A DNA stretch of 64,000 nucleotides from an uncultured Actinomycetes bacterium (lineage in GTDB: Bacteria; Actinomycetota; Thermoleophilia; Gaiellales; Gaiellaceae), in the NCBI GenBank assembly GCA_963773175.1, contig CAVZAC010000006.1:2999-66998 (forward strand). The letters run 5' to 3'. Shown here piece after piece: positions 62,149 to 64,000 of this stretch. A program made the position numbers and the translations under genes. The notes beneath the pieces are model-generated. The model saw only the letters and a list, made by a program, of their open reading frames with translations, was not told where the DNA came from and did not search any database. Position 1 is the first letter of the stretch; the number at the start of each line of letters is the position of its first letter.

Positions 62149-62187
62149 GGCGACCGCGGACGTCGCTGCTTCCCGCGCCGGAAGATG

Positions 62188-63210
62188 TCATGCCGACGGC
62201 GACGCCGAGGCGGACTTCCGGCGGATTCGAAACTCGCGACCGCCGGTGAGGCCCGAGGGACGCAGGACGAGGACGATCGCCATGAGCGAGCTGACGACGA
62301 TGATCCGCGTGCCTGCGGGAAGGTCGATCGTGCGGCCGAGCAGGGTCACGCCGTTCTCCGCGTTTGCGAGGAACGAGTCGAGCCCGCTCACCGCCAGCGC
62401 GCCCACGACGGCGCCCCACAGGCTCGTCGCGCCCCCGACGACGAGCATCGCGAGCGTGATGAACGTCAGATCGAGGTACACCGCCTCGGTGTTCAGGGGC
62501 AGCAGGTGCACGTACAGCCCGCCTGCGAACCCCGCGAGCGCACCGGACAGCGCGAAAGCGATCAGCCGCTGGATGTAGACGGAGACGCCGCTCGCGCGGG
62601 CGGCCGCCGCGTCCTCGCGCGTGGCCCGCAGCAGCCGGCCGAAGCGGCTCCGGCCGTAGGCGTAGGCGACGGCGATCACGATCAGCGCGCCGATCGCAGC
62701 CTGCCGCAGGTTCGTGGTCTCGGGAACCGACGAGAACGTGTTCAGGCCGGGCCCGATCTTCTCGTAGTAGCGGAGCACGTTGTTCGTGATCGCCAGCACG
62801 GCGAACGTCGCGATCCCGGCCGCGAGGCCCGAGAGTCGCATCAGCGGCAGCCCCACGGCCAGCGCGTAGACCCCGCCCACGGCGGCCGCGACGACCAGCG
62901 ACGAGAGGTTCCCCACCGTACGGTGGCTCAGGAAGCCGGCGAGGTTCGGCATGATCGCCGGCTTCGAGGCGATCGGAACCGAGAGCACGCCCGCCGCCCA
63001 CGCGCCCACGGCGACGAAGCTGATGTGCCCGAACGAGAGCACTCCAGAGTTGCCGACGAACACGAACAGCGCGGTCACGATCGCGACCTTCACGAGCGAA
63101 TCGATGAAGTAGCCCTTGAGGTAGGTCGACACCAGCGTTCCGAGCAGCGCCGTCAGCACGACGAGCGCCATGGGCGCCGCCAGCTGCTCGAGGCCGGCGA
63201 GCCGCTTCAT
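62188..63210 (-). CDS. livM: branched-chain amino acid ABC transporter permease (LivM type)
   Basis: ATG 63210. Intact ~340 aa (tail of ORF 62188..63939): ...GNSGVLSFGHISFVAVGAWAAG...RSRFGRLLRATREDAAAARASGV.... Confidence 0.85.
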   Translation of the reverse strand: MKRLAGLEQLAAPMALVVLTALLGTLVSTYLKGYFIDSLVKVAIVTALFVFVGNSGVLSFGHISFVAVGAWAAGVLSVPIASKPAIMPNLAGFLSHRTVGNLSSLVVAAAVGGVYALAVGLPLMRLSGLAAGIATFAVLAITNNVLRYYEKIGPGLNTFSSVPETTNLRQAAIGALIVIAVAYAYGRSRFGRLLRATREDAAAARASGVSVYIQRLIAFALSGALAGFAGGLYVHLLPLNTEAVYLDLTFITLAMLVVGGATSLWGAVVGALAVSGLDSFLANAENGVTLLGRTIDLPAGTRIIVVSSLMAIVLVLRPSGLTGGREFRIRRKSASASPSA

Positions 63211-64000
63211 ACGCGTTCCACTCCGGCGCTGCGCGAGCCCGTGAACAGGCCGTTGGGGCGAACGAGGAGGACGAGGATCACGGCGCCGAACAGGAACGAC
63301 GGCAGGTACTGGCTCTGGGCCGTCGGCAGCGCGCCGCCGAGGAGGCCGCTCGCGAAGCCGATCGTGAACCCGCCGAGGGTCGCCGGAACGAGCCGGTTCA
63401 TCCCGCCGACCACGACTCCGACGAGCACGAGGAGCGTGTCGTTGAAGGCAAAGTCGGGAGTGACGAGCGGTGTCTGCACGGTCAGCATCACGGCGACGAC
63501 CGCGGCCAGCGCTCCGGACATGAGCACGGCGGAGCCGATCACGCGATTGGCGCGGACGCCGAGCAGCCGTGCGGTGCCGAAGTCCAGCGAGGCCGCGCGC
63601 ATCTGCAGCCCGACCGTCGTCCGCTCCAGCAGCAGCACGAGCGCGACGAGGCACACCGCGGCCACGACGGTCGCGACGATCGTGATCTTCCGGATGTCGA
63701 CCCCGTGGATCGTCACCGGCCGGTTCAGGTACGCGAGCGAGACGGCGATCTTGCCCAGCGACCCGAACTTGAGCAGCGCGATGCTCTGCAGCAGGAACGC
63801 GACCGCGAAGGTCGCGGCCAGCATCACCGCCGGCGAGTGCCCGCGCAAGGGCCGGAACACGAGGCGCTCCATGAGCAGCGAGAGGACCAGCACGACCGCG
63901 AAGCAGAGAAGGATCCCGACCCATACCGGCCAGTTCCACTGGGAGGCGAGCGCAAGCGCGTAGGCGCCGGCCATGATGAGCTGCCCGTACGCGAAGTTGA
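63207..64000 (-). CDS. livH: branched-chain amino acid ABC transporter permease (LivH type), 5' end outside window
   Basis: ORF 63207..63974, with the frame continuing to the window edge (…NFAYGQLIMAGAY...). Its stop overlaps the livM ATG (ATGA). Confidence 0.85.
   Translation of the reverse strand, partial: NFAYGQLIMAGAYALALASQWNWPVWVGILLCFAVVLVLSLLMERLVFRPLRGHSPAVMLAATFAVAFLLQSIALLKFGSLGKIAVSLAYLNRPVTIHGVDIRKITIVATVVAAVCLVALVLLLERTTVGLQMRAASLDFGTARLLGVRANRVIGSAVLMSGALAAVVAVMLTVQTPLVTPDFAFNDTLLVLVGVVVGGMNRLVPATLGGFTIGFASGLLGGALPTAQSQYLPSFLFGAVILVLLVRPNGLFTGSRSAGVERV

Overview
This is a very GC-rich bacterial chromosomal segment (above 70% by eye, not computed). It carries the conserved Gram-positive/actinobacterial-type neighbourhood: a partial propeller-SBP fusion, yceD-rpmF, plsX-acpP-rnc-smc-ftsY, ffh, rpsP-KH-rimM-trmD-lepB-lepB-rplS-rnhB-yraN and comM-dprA. 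The rest is mostly metabolic and transport genes. These include pntAA-pntAB-pntB, hisC, meaB, ilvA, an MBL/rhodanese fusion, an acyl-CoA dehydrogenase, pepA, the two subunits of an acyl-CoA carboxylase, an enoyl-CoA hydratase, an MprF-like gene, uppP, HD-GYP plus a kinase/receiver protein, and livHM. I count about 70 protein-coding genes. I recognised no rRNA, tRNA, CRISPR array, transposase or integrase. The dominant unusual observation is technical. About 37 genes, including essential ones (smc, ffh), give the full conserved protein only if the reading frame is changed one or more times. My hand tally is about 100 frame steps, and nearly all behave as one extra base (+1). They are strongly clustered. 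I read this as sequence-level indel error, or otherwise non-biological corruption, rather than pseudogenes or recoding. Such genes are therefore listed as CDS with their full reconstructed span, and the breaks are noted. I found no convincing novel multi-gene system. The best small candidates are a three-gene insertion between yraN and comM (PD40 lipoprotein, orphan methyltransferase, CBS protein), a cupin plus two tiny translationally coupled ORFs, an esterase/aaPG-synthase/membrane-protein operon, and an HD-GYP plus degenerate kinase-receiver pair. All coordinates and motifs were read by eye from the sequence and ORF track. No database searches were run.
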